Shown: one piece after another, positions 36,461 through 51,032 of the stretch | Layout of the letters: each line of letters opens with the position of its first letter | Position numbering within the stretch: the stretch's first letter is position 1 | From: Octopus sinensis | Taxonomy: Eukaryota | DNA length: 64,000 nucleotides | Direction of reading: 5' to 3' | Assembly: GCF_006345805.1 (NCBI RefSeq) | Contig: NC_043000.1 | Location: forward strand, 30,380,001-30,444,000 | The notes under the pieces: generated by a model | Seen by the model: the letters and a program-made list of their open reading frames with translations, nothing else | Told to the model about the DNA's origin: nothing | Database searches by the model: none | Made by a program: the position numbers and the translations under genes

Positions 36461-37356
36461 TAATCTTATTTCGGCCAGAGTTCTTTCATTACACTCCTGT
36501 GACCTCATCAGTGGTCCTTTGCTTTCTTCTTTCTTATTTGTGTGTCTCTCCTTACTAACGAACATCCATTTTGTATTTTGTATTCCTATTGTATGTGTCT
36601 TCATTTGCGCATGCGTATAGCTCTATGTGTGTCTATGTTTAGTTAGTGTATGTGTGTGTGGGGAAGTGCCTGTAATATTGTGCCTCTTCCCATCAACAAC
36701 CCCACTACTACTACTATTACTATCACCACCACAACTATCACTACCACCATCATTACTACTTCTACTGTTACCACCACCACCACCACTGCCACCACCACTA
36801 CTACTACCACTATTATTGCTATTACTGTTATTCCTACCACTGTCATTATTGCTATCATTCTGATTATCGCTAGAGATTTTCTCATTGTTCCTGTTTCAGG
36901 TGTATGTGTTGTTCGTATTAGTGTTGGTTCTTATGTCTGTCTGTTGGTCCCTGTCATTCTCTCTGTTGTGGTTGTTGTTTTTGTTCCTACCAGTAGTGTT
37001 TTCTGTTTCAAGTCTTCTGACTCCATGTCCAAGAAATCTGTTACATTCAACTTTATTCTCCATCGTGACCCTCATAACACAAGTTTTATTCGTGTCCTTG
37101 TGACTATGGTTATCTGTGTGTGTGTGTTTGTGTGTCCGTTCCCCCTATAATTGTTGTTGTTGTGGGTGTTGTTATTTTTTGTATATGTATCTGTTGCTTG
37201 TGTTCATGCATTTGTTTTTGCTGTTGTTGTTGTCGCTGCTGTTGGGGTTGTAGCTGTTCGTTAGTAAGGAGAGACACAAATAAGAAAGAAGAAAGCAAAG
37301 GACCACTAATGAGGTCACAGGAGTGCGACAAAAGAACTCTGGCCGAAATAAGATTA
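36461..37356. repeat. ~103-bp inverted repeat (36461-36564 / 37255-37356), each arm ending in a partial hammerhead motif
   Basis: Arms share GTTCGTTAGTAAGGAGAGACAC...GGACCACT(G/A)ATGAGGTCACAGGAGTG...CTCTGGCCGAAATAAGATTA. Confidence 0.85.
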
Positions 37357-37499
37357 AGATTAATGTAAAAAATGAACAACGCTGAAGCAAAGTAACACCA
37401 AATATATAGTGCGTGTGTTTTTATTGGCTAAACTGTCAAAATGACCATTCCTAAATACAACATGAATATACATATATATATATATATATAATACATATA

Positions 37500-37910
37500 G
37501 GTGTAGAAGTGGATTTTTGGTAAGTAGCTTGCTTACCAACCACATGGTTCAGGGTTCAGTCCCACTGCGTGGCATCTTGGGCAAGTGTCTTCTACTATAG
37601 CTTCGGGCCAACCAAAGCATTGTGAGTGGATTTGGTAGACGGAAACTGAAGATGCCCGTCGTATATATGTATATGCACATATATATATATGTGTGTATGT
37701 GTGTGTGTGTTTGTCCCCCCCCCCCCCAACATCGCTTGGCAACAGATGCTGGTGTGTTTACGTCTCTGTAACTTAGCGGTTCGGCAAAATGGACCGATAG
37801 AATAAATATTAGGCTTACAAAGAATAAGTCGTGGGGTCTATTTGCTTGACTAAAGGCGGTGCTCCAGCATTGCCACAGTCACATGACTGAAACGAGTAAA
37901 AGAGTAAAAG
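37500..37910 (+). mobile_element. SINE family A, reference full-length copy
   Basis: tRNA-like head with GGTTCAGGGTTCAGTCCC, CTTGGGCAAG core, internal TA/TG microsatellite, and an (AGTAAAAG)n tail. More than 12 copies in the window. Confidence 0.9.
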
Positions 37911-38979
37911 AATAATACATGTCGGAGGTGAGAAGCCAGGCCAAGAGTTATGCAGATTACATAAACGTATGTATGTAGATGCGCACAAAATAAAACAATG
38001 CTAATCCAATCGCTCGGCGTTGTTTGATTTGAAGCGAATCACCTTCAACTCTCTTACTAATATAGAAAGCCTTGTGCTGCGAAGAAGCTGGGTCTCTGAG
38101 TTCTGTGGTTACATTTAGTGTTCGCTGTTTCCCTTTAGGGGTTTCCGTTCACAGTGCAGATAATTTTCACTCTCACTGTATCGATAAACCAAGTGTTAGA
38201 AAACTATGAGTTGCTGCATACTTAATGCCATAAGATTTCTTTCAGTAATATCTTTTCTGATATTATTATAATATCAAGGCTAGAGTTTAAGAAAAGATAA
38301 ACATTTGTTTCTTATTTTTAAGAAGAGAGATTACAGTCAAATGATTCGTTTATGTAAGGAAGTACTGAGATGCTAATCAATACCTAGCTCGTATTTTCAA
38401 TACATGGAAATCAATATCAGATAGAATGCACTGACTGACCATATTAATATATATAAGTTGCACGAAGTATATAATATATTATTATTAGTTGTACGGAATA
38501 TGATATTAGCTGAGTGAAGTAAGCGAGACATCCTGTGTTTCTCACACTGGTGTCGCTTAAGTATTAACAATGGATGTATTACTCCGACACGGCCTAGGCT
38601 GTAATTGCTAATACGCTCAACAAATAAAAAAATAATACAGCTTCGTAACACAATTTTATTATCTATGTCTCTATACAAGGATATATCATAATTACGACAG
38701 CCTTCGCGTTAGAAATCTTTCATTTAAATTTTAAGTTCAGAACAATAATTACAGATATTTTACTGGTTGCTGGCAAGTATAAAAGGCTGTTAATGCTAAT
38801 TTCGTCATCTCAGGAAAAATTATTTTCAATAAACCTGCTTAACTGTGTGCATTTTTCAAAATGGGTTTATTTCTTTTCTGATAAAATGATTATAACGTCT
38901 CTGTCTGTGAAAACACTAATTTCCTGCGATAATTCCAGTCAATTATTGCATTAGTCATATGACAACATTTTTTCTATTT

Positions 38980-39725
38980 GTTCTGAGCCAAAAGTGGACA
39001 TTCTGATTTAATATAGATTATAGTTTCCTGTGTATCATCGCATATTCTGGATATCTACCTCTATCGTGGTCTTGATTCAATTTCATCACAACTTCCCTTT
39101 CTGAGATACCAAGATTTTCCCCTCGGTTCCGTCTGCAGTACACCTTTCTTCAGCCACAAAACGCTGTCCTTGTGCTCTTCAAATGACACCGAATGAAGCT
39201 CCATTCCTTCGTATTTGATTCCTCTTTATTACAAATTAAATTCTTACCTTTATGTAATCTGCATGTTATAAAAATAGCATTTCACTTATTCCATTCTTAA
39301 GAAAATTGTTTTCTTATTCTCATAGATAGAGACTTAACTTAGCAAATTCAAAATCCATTCGATACACTTTAACCTTCTTCCTTCTGTCCGTTTCCCATGT
39401 AACTGGATAGTATCAGATTCAGTATGCAGGCTTCTATAAAATTTGACCTGTCCACCCCTTTAGTTGTCAAAGTCCTTCCATTCACCCTTCATCCATTCAA
39501 TAATTCCCAGTCCATCAATTATTACAGACATCAGCCTCTCGCTGATCAATTCAATAACGTTTCCTGCATTCACTTTTATTTTAATATCTTCTAGATTCTA
39601 GGAAAATATTCATGACAGAGGGTTTCCTTAATTTCTATACATTTGATGTTATCTTTTCTTTTAAAGTATTACGAGATGCGATCTGTTTCTTCTGCATCTA
39701 ATAATATTACATATTCCTCCTACAT
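38980..39725 (-). pseudogene. Decayed R4/Dong-like non-LTR retrotransposon, RT C-terminus to CCHC region
   Basis: Minus-strand fragments HEYFPRI*KILK..NAGNVI, GLGIIEW, YRSLHTESDTIQLHGKRTEGRRLKCIE, SVLWLKKGVLQTE and RICDDTQETIIYIKSECPLLAQ occur in the order expected for this family. Many stops and frameshifts. Confidence 0.7.
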
Positions 39726-40068
39726 TTAAGAATCACATAATCTCTTCATTAGGTAACTCTGTCTCGTCTTTTTATGAGTTATCTCTGCTTTATCTATACC
39801 AAGGTCGTCCCAATGGAGTTACTAAATATTCTTATACTTTACATTAAGGAGACCAGTTGGTTTTTGTCTTTGTCATACAGCGTCATACAATGTTTTGTCA
39901 TATATATATATATATATATATATATATGGAGAGAGTCTACTAGAGTAGATGCAAGCGCTAATATATGATTTATAAAAACATGTGACATATTAATAAAAAT
40001 CTGTTAATATAAAACCATCCAGATTTCTGAGTACCTAATTTCTTCTAAGATATATATATATATATATA

Positions 40069-40109
<41 letters not shown>

Positions 40110-40150
40110 TATATATATATAGATATATATACATATATATACATATATAT

Positions 40151-40220
<70 letters not shown>

Positions 40221-40920
40221 TATATACACATCATGTTTATGAATATATATGACGTCATCAAGCGATCGACCAGACTATCGGATGTTGTTACACATCGCTA
40301 GACACAATGCGAATGCGCTTTGCATCGTTATATCTTTCAAACGATGACACACCCACTGGGTAGGCGAACAGGCCAACGTTCCACCTGATCGGAAGACCAG
40401 TCGGTCACAGGGTGACATATTTACAACTGAGTGGACTGCAGCAACGTGGAATGAAGGGTGTTGCTCAGGAATTCAACGCGCCGCTCGGTCTGCGAACGAG
40501 ATACCGGTTTTGTACTGTACAGGATTTTTCTGCGTGTCTATGCAGCGGAGTCACTTCGCCTTCCGAAACAAAATCAAAATAACTAGTTTGTAGTACACAC
40601 ACACACACACAACGCAAAGAATTCGCTTGTGTGCAATAGCTTCGCACAAGTGGATTAAATTCTAGTTATACCCTTCTGGGGCGATTTCGTTTCCCGTAAA
40701 TACGTAAGGTATTTTTTAACAACATACGTTTCTAAAGGGATCATCTACCCCATACCGAAAACCATAGCTGTCAGCGTTTTAACATCAGACATACATGCAT
40801 ACACACACACACCCACACACACACACACACAATATGTATACATACATGTGTGTATGTATGCAGATATATATGTATCTCTCTCTCTTTCTGTATCTCCCTC
40901 TCTGTCTGTATCTCTCTCTA

Positions 40921-40956
<36 letters not shown>

Positions 40957-41054
40957 ATTAATAATATCAGGGTAATAAAGATTTTAGAAGTTTTTACTAC
41001 CAGTGGACTAGCGTATAGAAAAGTTAGTCAATAGTCTATATATTATTCATATAA

Positions 41055-41207
41055 AATACAGTGTACTTTTAAACACACTAAGAGGTATCCATCATAGGAC
41101 TCCCTTACGCTAGAAGGAACATCTAAAGTGGTTTGGACTTTAGCTGTTCCTTCTAGCGTAAGGTAGTCCTATGATGGATACCTCTTAATGTGTTTAAATG
41201 TACACTG

Positions 41208-41211
<4 letters not shown>
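41055..41211. repeat. Near-perfect hairpin, 75-bp arms, 7-nt loop
   Basis: Arms 41055-41129 / 41137-41211, 4 mismatches, loop GGTTTGG. Confidence 0.95.
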
Positions 41212-41252
<41 letters not shown>

Positions 41253-42554
41253 GATACCATTTACTTTTCCCCGTTCTTTCCAAATGAAAAGCCTACCTTA
41301 TTATATGATGTAATCATTACCTCCATCATCACCATCGTCTTTGTTATTGTTGTTGCACTTCTTGTTGTTATGAGTAACCGCTTGTTCTTGTATATAAATG
41401 AATGGCTTTTTAAGAGGGTATTTGTGTGTTAAACGTTAATGTAGTCGTGTTGTAATACATATATTTGAGACTGGATCTAGCTTTATGCTCGAAGATTATA
41501 CGTGTGTATTGTTGAATCTGTTTGAGTTTGACGTATGTATTTTTGTCGATATTATATGATATCGCGTGTAAATAAACGACGAACGTACGTGTGCATATGT
41601 GCTTCGAAACATGAGTGTGTATGTGTGTGTGTGTGTGTGTATGTGTGTGTGTGTGCGTGCTTGCGTGTGTGTGTGTGTTTCTGAATGACAATATGTGACG
41701 ACACATGTTTGTTACTGCTGACTGTATGTGTAGGTGTATCTGTCTGTGAATGTGCTTCAGTCTCTATGAATCTTCCACCATTATTATCGTTCTAAACGCT
41801 ACCTACCTCAAGCATATTGATTTTTCCATTCAATATTTCTGCTTCTGTCGAGTTAGCAACTTCGTTTATAGGGATGTCTGCCCCCTTTAGAATAGCTTTT
41901 CATTGACCTGTCCAAAATAATAATTTCAACCGCAACACTTGACTGGTTTAATTTGATTCAACTCTCACGCTACTATACATCCAACAACAAGCTTTCAATG
42001 TTAATATTCGTCGTACAACTCAGTAATACTTCATTTTTTTTCCATCTCAGCAGATTTCTGTTAGGGAAGAATCACCTTAAAATAGTGCTGAGTTTAAGAA
42101 AAGAATTTCTTCAGAGCTTGTTGACATATATTGTTAAATAGGAAACAGAAAACAAAAGACGGAACTTAAAGAAGACTGACGGTATAAATATTAATGGAAG
42201 TTTTCAAGACGAACTGATTGCCAGAACAGAAGTAGCTTTCAAATATAACATAATATAAACTGTCCATTTAATTGGATGTTTGTGATATACAAATCACGCA
42301 AACATACGCATTAACGGTGACAGATAATTTGTATTCTTTTGTTACTGACAATAATATACACTGAGAAGAAAAAGAAGAAAAAAAAAAACAACATGGCGCA
42401 AATCAATCGTTTGCTGAAGGTTTCCTCACAGGTTAATAAAGACGGAGAGACTCATGGAATTACACTCAGTAGAGAAACACACATAGATGCTTACACGTGC
42501 ACACATGTCAATACACAGAAAAATTCACACACGTGTATATATATATATATATAT

Positions 42555-42645
<91 letters not shown>

Positions 42646-44879
42646 GTGATATATATATATATACGTGATATATATATATATATGTGTGTATATATATACA
42701 CATATATATATATATATATGTATATATATGTATATATATATGCATATATGTATATATATATATATGTATATATTATATATATATATTATATATATATATA
42801 CCTATATGTAACATTTGCTTTAATATATACATATATATGCATATGTTAACATGTACAATATACATATATATATATATAATATATATGTATATATATATAT
42901 ATTATATATATATATACATACGTATATATGTGTGTGTGTATGTATATGTATATATGTGTGCTTGTATAAATACTAAACATTATGCTATTATCTGAAGGTG
43001 ATAGTATAACTGTAGCTATAAATAGGGACAGAAATCCTTGGCATTCATGTGCTCCTTGTGCTTGTCACAACACCTTACCAGGAGAGTATTAGATAGCGCT
43101 ACACAACACAACAGTTCTGTGTATGACCTATGTCTACTGCCGAACTGCCATCAATTTAATAGCAATAAATATATGTTTACAATAGAGATGAACATTGTTG
43201 GAAGCAACTCTTTTATATACCTATAACGAAATACAGATAAGTGAGCTGGTTTGCACTAAATCAGGTAAACATTCAAAAACAGAAAATTACAATCGAATTA
43301 TATATCAGGCTTCGAATGGAAACTCTCTTAGAGCTTTTACCATATTTTATTTCTAATTACTACAGAGAAAGAGTTATGCATATATGGCTGCTGGTGCAGT
43401 CAGATGATAGCTATCAACTGGTGGCTGATGACCGAGGAAGACCATCACTAACCATTACCTGAGCAAAATATCTGCAATGCTCGTGCATGAGTTTATTGCA
43501 CTAGCATTTGGCATACCTGGATTCAATCCCGCATCTTTTATGTCCTCCGCTGGCCCGGAAAGTTATCATGCCTAAATTTTTTGGTCCAATAAGGCCTTCG
43601 CTACAACTCACAGACCTTCTCCAGCCTACGGGCATGATCAAGATATAAGTCAGGGCAAGATATCCAATATGGGCAAGAAAACCAATATGAGACTCAGGAA
43701 CTTGGGAGCGCCATGATCTCAAATGCAAGCAAAAGATCTCCAAAAGTTTTGAACACTCATACATATACATTCACACACACACATACATACAGTCATACAC
43801 ACATATACAGCATACTCAGACCCATAAGCAGACTGTTTTTCGATGCACCATTTATACTTTTGAGACATGGCTGCCAGGTCAGGTTGAAAGCTAGTACCGA
43901 AGTGTCATCAGTTTTCTGCACACGTATTGTTGTTTGCAAACACCCTATCATGCAGTTTCGGCTATTAAGCCGATAGGTACGTGCTATAACACATTAGACA
44001 AATGACTATCGCATGCATTTAGATATCAAATCAAATCTAATCATTGAACAATTTAGCACTCGTGATCAAACTTACACACAAATACTTTTATATGTTATAC
44101 ACTGGATATCGGAGATTGTCTCAGTGCCTTATCCTTAAATTTCAAAATATCCAACCACATAAATCTCATATTGACAAAATTATTCAAAGAAATTACGTTT
44201 ATGAATTTTTTTCTAAGATTTCTGATTCAAAGAAGTTTTTTCGAAATGATGTAATATTGCATTACAAGAACGAGCAAAGTGGAATCTCGAATGGATATTT
44301 TCACTGATATTTCATATCATTTATTCGTTGTGTATCTCCGAATAAAATTGAAAATTTTCAGCAGATTGAATGGTCTACTTAAAATTTAAGTAGTTCTTAT
44401 AATATAATTATCTCATAAAAGTCAAGTGATGTATTATAAACAATATTATACATTATTCAATTAGAAATAGAATGAAATTATAGCAATGTATTTAAGATAT
44501 GGTAGTTAGATATCATATTTATTTAAACTTTTCTTCAATCCTATGAATCATAACACCGATTGCTCGAGACCACAGTAATCCCTCTTGGCGGAACATCGGT
44601 CCATTGCAAAATTCAAGGCTAGCAATTGTGAGGAGAGAGGACAAGATGATTATTACATCGACACCAGTATTTGACTGGTACTTTGTCGGACCCTAAGTGT
44701 TAAAAGGCAAAGCTGAGCTCAGCGGAATTTGAACTCAACACTTAATGATTCCTAAGAAATTAGGCTAAGCACTTTATACGACGTACAAAGGATTCTGCAT
44801 TTCGCAGACATTAATTGAATAAATGGTAATGATAATTAATATCGTGCTAAATTGTTGCCAGACGTAACAGTATGATATT

Positions 44880-45290
44880 TACTCTCTCTTTTACTCTTTT
44901 ACTTGTTTCAGTCATTTGACTGTGGCCATGCTGGAGCACTGCCTTTAGTCGAAGGAATCGACTCCAGGACTTATTCTTTATAAGCCTAGTACTTATTCTA
45001 TCGGTCTCTTTTGCCGAACCGCTAAGTTACGGAGACGTAAAAACACCAGTATCGGTTGTCAAGCGATATTGGGGAACAAACACAGACGGACACAAACATA
45101 TATACAAACATACATAAATACATATATACGGTGGGCTTCTTTCAGTTTCCACCTACCAAATCCACTCACAAGGCTTTGGTCGGCCCGGGGCTATAGTAGA
45201 AAACACCTGCCCAAGATGCCACGCAGTGGGACTGAACCCAGGACTATATGGTTGATAAGCAAGCTACTTACCACACAGCCACTCTTGCGC
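44880..45290 (-). mobile_element. SINE family A, full length
   Basis: Reverse complement of the 37500-37910 pattern. Similar copies at ~46940-47258, ~48912-49280 and ~22165-22385. Confidence 0.85.
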
Positions 45291-45499
45291 CTATTTGCTG
45301 AACGTTTCTTCGCGGACTGGCATCTTGGAGTCAATACCATTTTTTTAATGAAAAAATAACACCTGTACTCAGCGAGTGATTTAAAGAAAATATTTTATCC
45401 ATTTAGCTTCTTGCTCAAATTAACATGTGACTTATCTCCAACGCTGCCGTGAGCGATACATCGTTTGCACAATGTGCAGTATATACGACATTAAGAACG

Positions 45500-46160
45500 A
45501 ATTCAGAATTCATCAAAGACTGGAGCCACACGGTATACGTTCCCTACACAATTCAGGCTCACAACACACAAATTCACTGCAACACAATATCATTTCCTTA
45601 ACAGGCCCTTCTCCATTTCACATTATCCCCCCCGCCATCCCCCCCCCCAAAAAGCAAAGAAGAAATAAATCCCATCACCTTCAAACGAAACCTGGATAAG
45701 CATCTTCAAAGAATATCCGATAATCCACCTATACCTGAATACGTCTCTGTCAACAACAACTCCCTACTTCAATGGGCCAAGATAATATAAAATGTGACTT
45801 TAAAATGACTGTTCTTCTTTGTGCCCTTTTAAAGCCTAGCCAGGCTTATAGGCCCGGTTTCCCGGTTTCAATGGCGTATGTGTTCCTCAGCTGGACGGGA
45901 CGCCAGTCCATCGCAGCGTTACTCATTTTTGCCAGCTGAGCGGACTGGAGCAATGCGAAATGAAGTGTTTTCCTCAAGAACACAACGCGTCGCCCGGTCC
46001 AGGATCGAAACCACAATCTTACGATCATGATACTGACACCTTAACCACTAAGCCACGCGACTCCACAAAAATGACTGAGCAGATCCTGTTATGTGGTGCT
46101 ATTAAGTCAGGCATGTTCTGGGCTAATATTTGGTCGAAATATATCTAAGTTGACTAAGTT
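45500..46160 (+). mobile_element. 3' end of the same LINE family as 1-300, split by a SINE insertion
   Basis: ...KEEINPITFKRNLDKHLQRISDNPPIPEYVSVNNNSLLQWAKII* (to ~45790). The tail GGTGCTATTAAGT...GGTCGAAATATATCTAAGTT resumes at ~46095. Confidence 0.65.
45822..46064 (-). mobile_element. tRNA-derived SINE (D-type head, C-type tail)
   Basis: Head CGCGTGGCTTAGTGGTTAAGG..GGTTTCGATCC. Tail CCAGCTGAGGAACACATACGCCATTGAAACCGGGAAACCGGGCC. Confidence 0.75.
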
Positions 46161-46312
46161 ATTAATCTTAAGCCCGAGTTAAAATTTATGGATACATACA
46201 AAGAGTATAGTGACATAAACACAAAGGGATGTAGACAACGAAGTTTTTCAATAGCGAGAGTTCACTGATATGTGGCCTATGAGGGGGAGAGAGAGAGAGG
46301 GAGAGAGAGAGG

Positions 46313-46377
<65 letters not shown>

Positions 46378-48459
46378 CGTGTGTGTGTGGTGTCACTTTC
46401 AATGTTTTAGATGTGCATCCGACAAGATAATATTTGCAAGGCTCAGAAGAATTGCCTTTGCGATTGGGACAAGGTTTACGATTCCAAAGATCGGCACATA
46501 TCTCCGGGGCTGAGGGAGAGACTAAGAGTGAGTGAGACGTGTACATATGTGCGAGAGGGAGAGAGAGAGAGGGGGGAGAGGAGAAAGTAAGGAGAGAGAA
46601 GGGGAGATATAGACAGATAAAGACATATAGATAGACAGAGAGCGAAAAAGAGAGAGAGAGAGATTCGTTTATCATGAATACCTATGCGCTTCCTATACTG
46701 AAGGGCTTGAGAAAGAAGTAGCATCACCAGAGGTAGTTATGGTTGAGGACATTTACTTTTTAAAATTTCTAGCGAAGGAAATTTCGATTTGTATGAGATA
46801 TTGTCAGTTGAGTTTGACTTTGACGTTTGGAAATGATTAGAAAGGGTTTTAAACAAACTTGTATACATCGCTCGGGGTTCAGTTCCACTGAGTAACAAAT
46901 TGGGCAAGTATCTTCTACTATAACCTTGGGTCGAGGTTATAGCTTTTTGGAAAGCCTGGTAATTATTCTATCGGTCTATTTTTGCCGAACTGCTAAGTTA
47001 CTGGATCGTAAACTATCCAACACCGGTTGACAAACGGTGATGGTGGACGAACAGAGATACAAAGACACATACACACACACACACACACACTCCCTCTCTC
47101 TGTAAGATCTTCTTTCCGTTTCCATCTACCAAATCTACTAGCAAGGTTTTGGTCGGCCCGACGTTATAGTAGAAAACACTTGCCCAAAGTACCACGCAGT
47201 GGAATTGAACCCGGAATGATGTGGTCGGGAAGCAAGCTTCTTACCAACAGCCACGCCTGTTCCTATGACATCAATTTTAGAACATTCTTCACTTCGCAAC
47301 AAATATCAATTTTCTGCATATCTCAAGTGACTCATTCAAATGAATATTTCCCTACGTCTGAGACGGTGCTGTAGATACACATCGGAATATTCTACGACAT
47401 GCCTTAAAAGAGGCTCTCAGCTGATTTGCATACGGCCAAAAAATCAATACACCTCAGCCTGTATCTTCCAGCTAAGTAGTCTCTTCACTTACTCTTTACT
47501 TCACATACTACGATAACCCATGCCCTATCGAGATATTTGGTTACGTACAATATCCACTTCACACTAACGTTGAGATCTCTCTTCTTTCAGCCAATATTGT
47601 ATCCTAGCAAAAGGCCTTCTATTATTCAAATTACTTCCTGCTGTGTCGCCAGTTGTCTGAAATTTCCTCCTCCACCTCCCGCTCATGATTGACCCTGCAG
47701 TAACAGTCCATGTAGTTATTCAATACAAACATCAACCGAATCGATCCCTCAACCGGGGGGCCTGCAAATGTCATGCACACAACCTCTTCATTTAGTCTAA
47801 ACCATTTACAATATCGAATAGAAACTTCTTGACTTTCCCTAAATAAATCATAGCAGATGCTGTGGAAATCAGGGTTCGTTTCTATATAGTTTAATTACTG
47901 ATGTCGGATAGCTTTTATTTTGAAGTTTGGAAAAGTACTTTTTCAACAATTTCCCCCTTTATATTAATTTCGGTTCCTTCAGATATGTCTCCTGCTTTTC
48001 TTCGATTATTGTTTTGTTATGCGCTAACATCGATTCCCTTAACGTTTTCAATTACGTTCCTAAAAAAAAAAAACTATGTAATTAAACAATATTATTCGAT
48101 GTCACCCACTAAAGGAAGTAAACATTTCACACATTCAATAAAGGAATGATTATTTTTTTCACATCCTAACAAAGGTCATTGCTTCAAGTCCACCAAAATG
48201 TCGACAGAAAGAAAATTAGTTTTCCAATCAATCACTGTACATTAAACAGTCTCTCGAGATCAGCTCCGTGTCCAGTAACAAATTATGTACAAAAAACACG
48301 GGACTCTATTGATCTTTTACTTTTAATTCTTGATTCTATAATTTAAACTGCCATGATAACATTGACTAATATAAAGATACAGAATATTTACCAATATTTC
48401 TACGTTGACGGCAACATATATGAGATCGTAATATGGACGTCAAATTTCGGCACAAGACA

Positions 48460-48850
48460 CAGCAGTTTCGGGTGAGGATGCCAGTCGATTGCATCGACCC
48501 CAGTACACACCTGGTACTTATTTTAACGTCCCCCGAAAGGGTGAAAAGCAAAGTTGACCTTGGTGGCATTTAAACTCAAACGTGAAGCTGGACAAATTGC
48601 CGGTACGCATTTTGCTCTGCGTGCTTACGATATTCATTTTTTATTGCCCACTGGAGGCTAAACATAGAGGGGACAAACAAGGACAGACAAACGGATTAAG
48701 TCGATTACATCGACTCCAGTGCGTAACTGGTACTTATTTAATCGACACCGAAACCATAAATGGCAAAGTCGACGTCGGTGGAATTTGAACTCAGAACATA
48801 ACGGCAGACGAAATACCGCTAGGCAGTACGCTAACGATACGTCCAACTCG
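48460..48850 (-). mobile_element. Two adjacent SINE B copies
   Basis: GACCCC..AGTAC/GTAAC..TGGTACTTATTT and GCAAAG(T)CGAC..GG..ATTT.AACTCA each occur twice. Confidence 0.75.
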
Positions 48851-49151
48851 GTGCCTTCGCTTAGAGTATATTAGTGTTAAGAATTAAATGAAGTTGAACG
48901 TAAACGATTTTTATTCTTTTACTTGTTTCAGTCATTTTACAGCGGCCATGTTGGAGCACGATCTTTAGTCGAAGAAATCGACCTCAGGACTTATTCTTTG
49001 TAAGCCTAATACTTATTCTATCGGGTTCCTTTTGCCGAACTACTACGTTACGGGAACATAAACACATCAAGACATCAAGCGATGGTGGGGGATAAACACA
49101 GACACACAAACATATTCGTATATATATATACACACACACGCACATACATAC

Positions 49152-49207
<56 letters not shown>

Positions 49208-51032
49208 CGACTGACTTCTTTCAGTTTCCGTCTACAAAATCCACTCACAAGGCTATGGTCTGCCCTGGGCTATAGTAGAAGATTAAAACAGCTATTTTTG
49301 TGAAATATGTACGGATGACCTGATCCGCCACCCGGTTCCGATAGGCCGTCCTGAGAAGACTGTTGAGATAGGACAAAACAGTTTTCTCATGACAGGAATA
49401 GGCCGGAAGAAGGGTGTTCGCTACCTGATCAGTAGGACTGTGGAGGAGTTTGACGCGATACTGAACATATTTTTCTTTATTCAGTGACATGTCGGAATCG
49501 CGACACGCTGGGGGAATGATGTACACGTCAGTCGGTTCTTCCTGGAGCCACACCTTTTAGTGATTTGTAGGTGCCTACTCTCACATTCCTGATATCTACA
49601 GTTATAATTTTCGACATAGAACAATGAACCACATCTTTGAGTTTATTAACTCATAAGAGTTAATAAACGCACCTAGTGGAAGATCCACAGGCAACAAGTG
49701 GAAGATATGGGCCTATGTCAAAGTAATAGAATAAACGACATTGTGGGACTCACCGGTTTATGGTTGACCCGTATCTCTGCGAGTTTGTCTGGTGCAGGGG
49801 ATATGAAAATTGTAATTTGTTTGAGAAACTCCCAGCTTTTGTTTTGAATTCTTGCTTCAAAGAATGTGTTAGCTGTTTAGATAAACCGAACTATTATTAC
49901 AGTAGTATAACGTACAGCTTGTTTTGGCAATTAAACGAATAGTTTGTTTTTCGTTGTAATTTTAGGGATTGTTCTTTTTTATATTGCCTGTTCCAACGTT
50001 TCACACAACTTTTTTCATTTAAACTTATCAAAACTTCCAAAGGTCTTACAACTTACGTCGCCGAAACATATTGCTTTCGTTTTGTTTAATAAAAGTTTAA
50101 CGTCATAATGTTGTGAAAGACAACTATCACGTTGAAAATGTCAGCTTCCAAATCCTGTTTACTGACTGGAAAAAAAACCCCATCAAATTTTGAACCTCTG
50201 TAACATGTTTCTTAAATTTTTCCTGCTACAAGTGATTAACGAAATCAGGTCCAACGTGGATAATTGTATGAATATAATAATTTTGAAAACTGTCACTGAA
50301 TTGTAAAATATCAGAAGATATCTCTAATATTATTTGATAAGTTTCCCTAAATTGAATGATAGTCATTATTGGACTCAGAAACTTTCCAATATTATTTTTA
50401 TGCTCAAAGGATTGCTTGACTTCATACATACATCACTTTATGGGTGACGATTGAGTCTAAGAATATGTGATTTAAAGTTTCTTTGTTGTCAATTAGCCAC
50501 AATTTAACCTGAATTGGTCAGAGAGGACTATGACCAACTGTGTTGAGCCGGTTCATAATTATTGTTGGATTGCCTTAATTTCAAGAATATTTCGTTGTTA
50601 TATCTAGCATGTTGTGTAAACCCGTATAATTTCCCTTGATTGCTCGATATGTTGCCTCACATATCACGATTAATTGCTTTTTAAGCAATTGATTGTTATA
50701 ATGCGTTATATTGCCTAACAACTCTTACAATACAAATCAGTATTATTGGAATAGGTTTACAGGATTATATGTAGGACTGTTCATGTATATGTTGTCCAAA
50801 CAGTAATAATGAATTAACGTATAACAAAGGCAATATATACCAACTTATCTAAGCTAATCTGTCTGTCTGCCTATCTGTCACTCTTTGTATATCTACCTAT
50901 TTATTTATTTCTCTCTCTCACACTTTTCCAAATATATACATACAAAGGTACATACATACACATATACATACATAAACCCGTACACACACAGACACACACA
51001 CACATATATATCAACAATAATAATAAGAAGTA

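Noticed and set aside
36650-37150. 166-aa Thr-rich then hydrophobic ORF resembling a mucin or membrane protein
   Set aside because: It is built on an (ACT/ACC)n trinucleotide tract plus repeat-derived sequence inside an inverted-repeat block, with no splice or domain support.
43419-43447. CTGATGA flanked by a 6-bp complementary pair
   Set aside because: No helix II, GAAA or helix III. It is a simple hairpin, not a hammerhead.
49300-49553. 102-aa minus-strand ORF with ordinary composition
   Set aside because: No recognisable motif, its 3' end runs into a SINE, and there is no splice-site evidence for a host exon.
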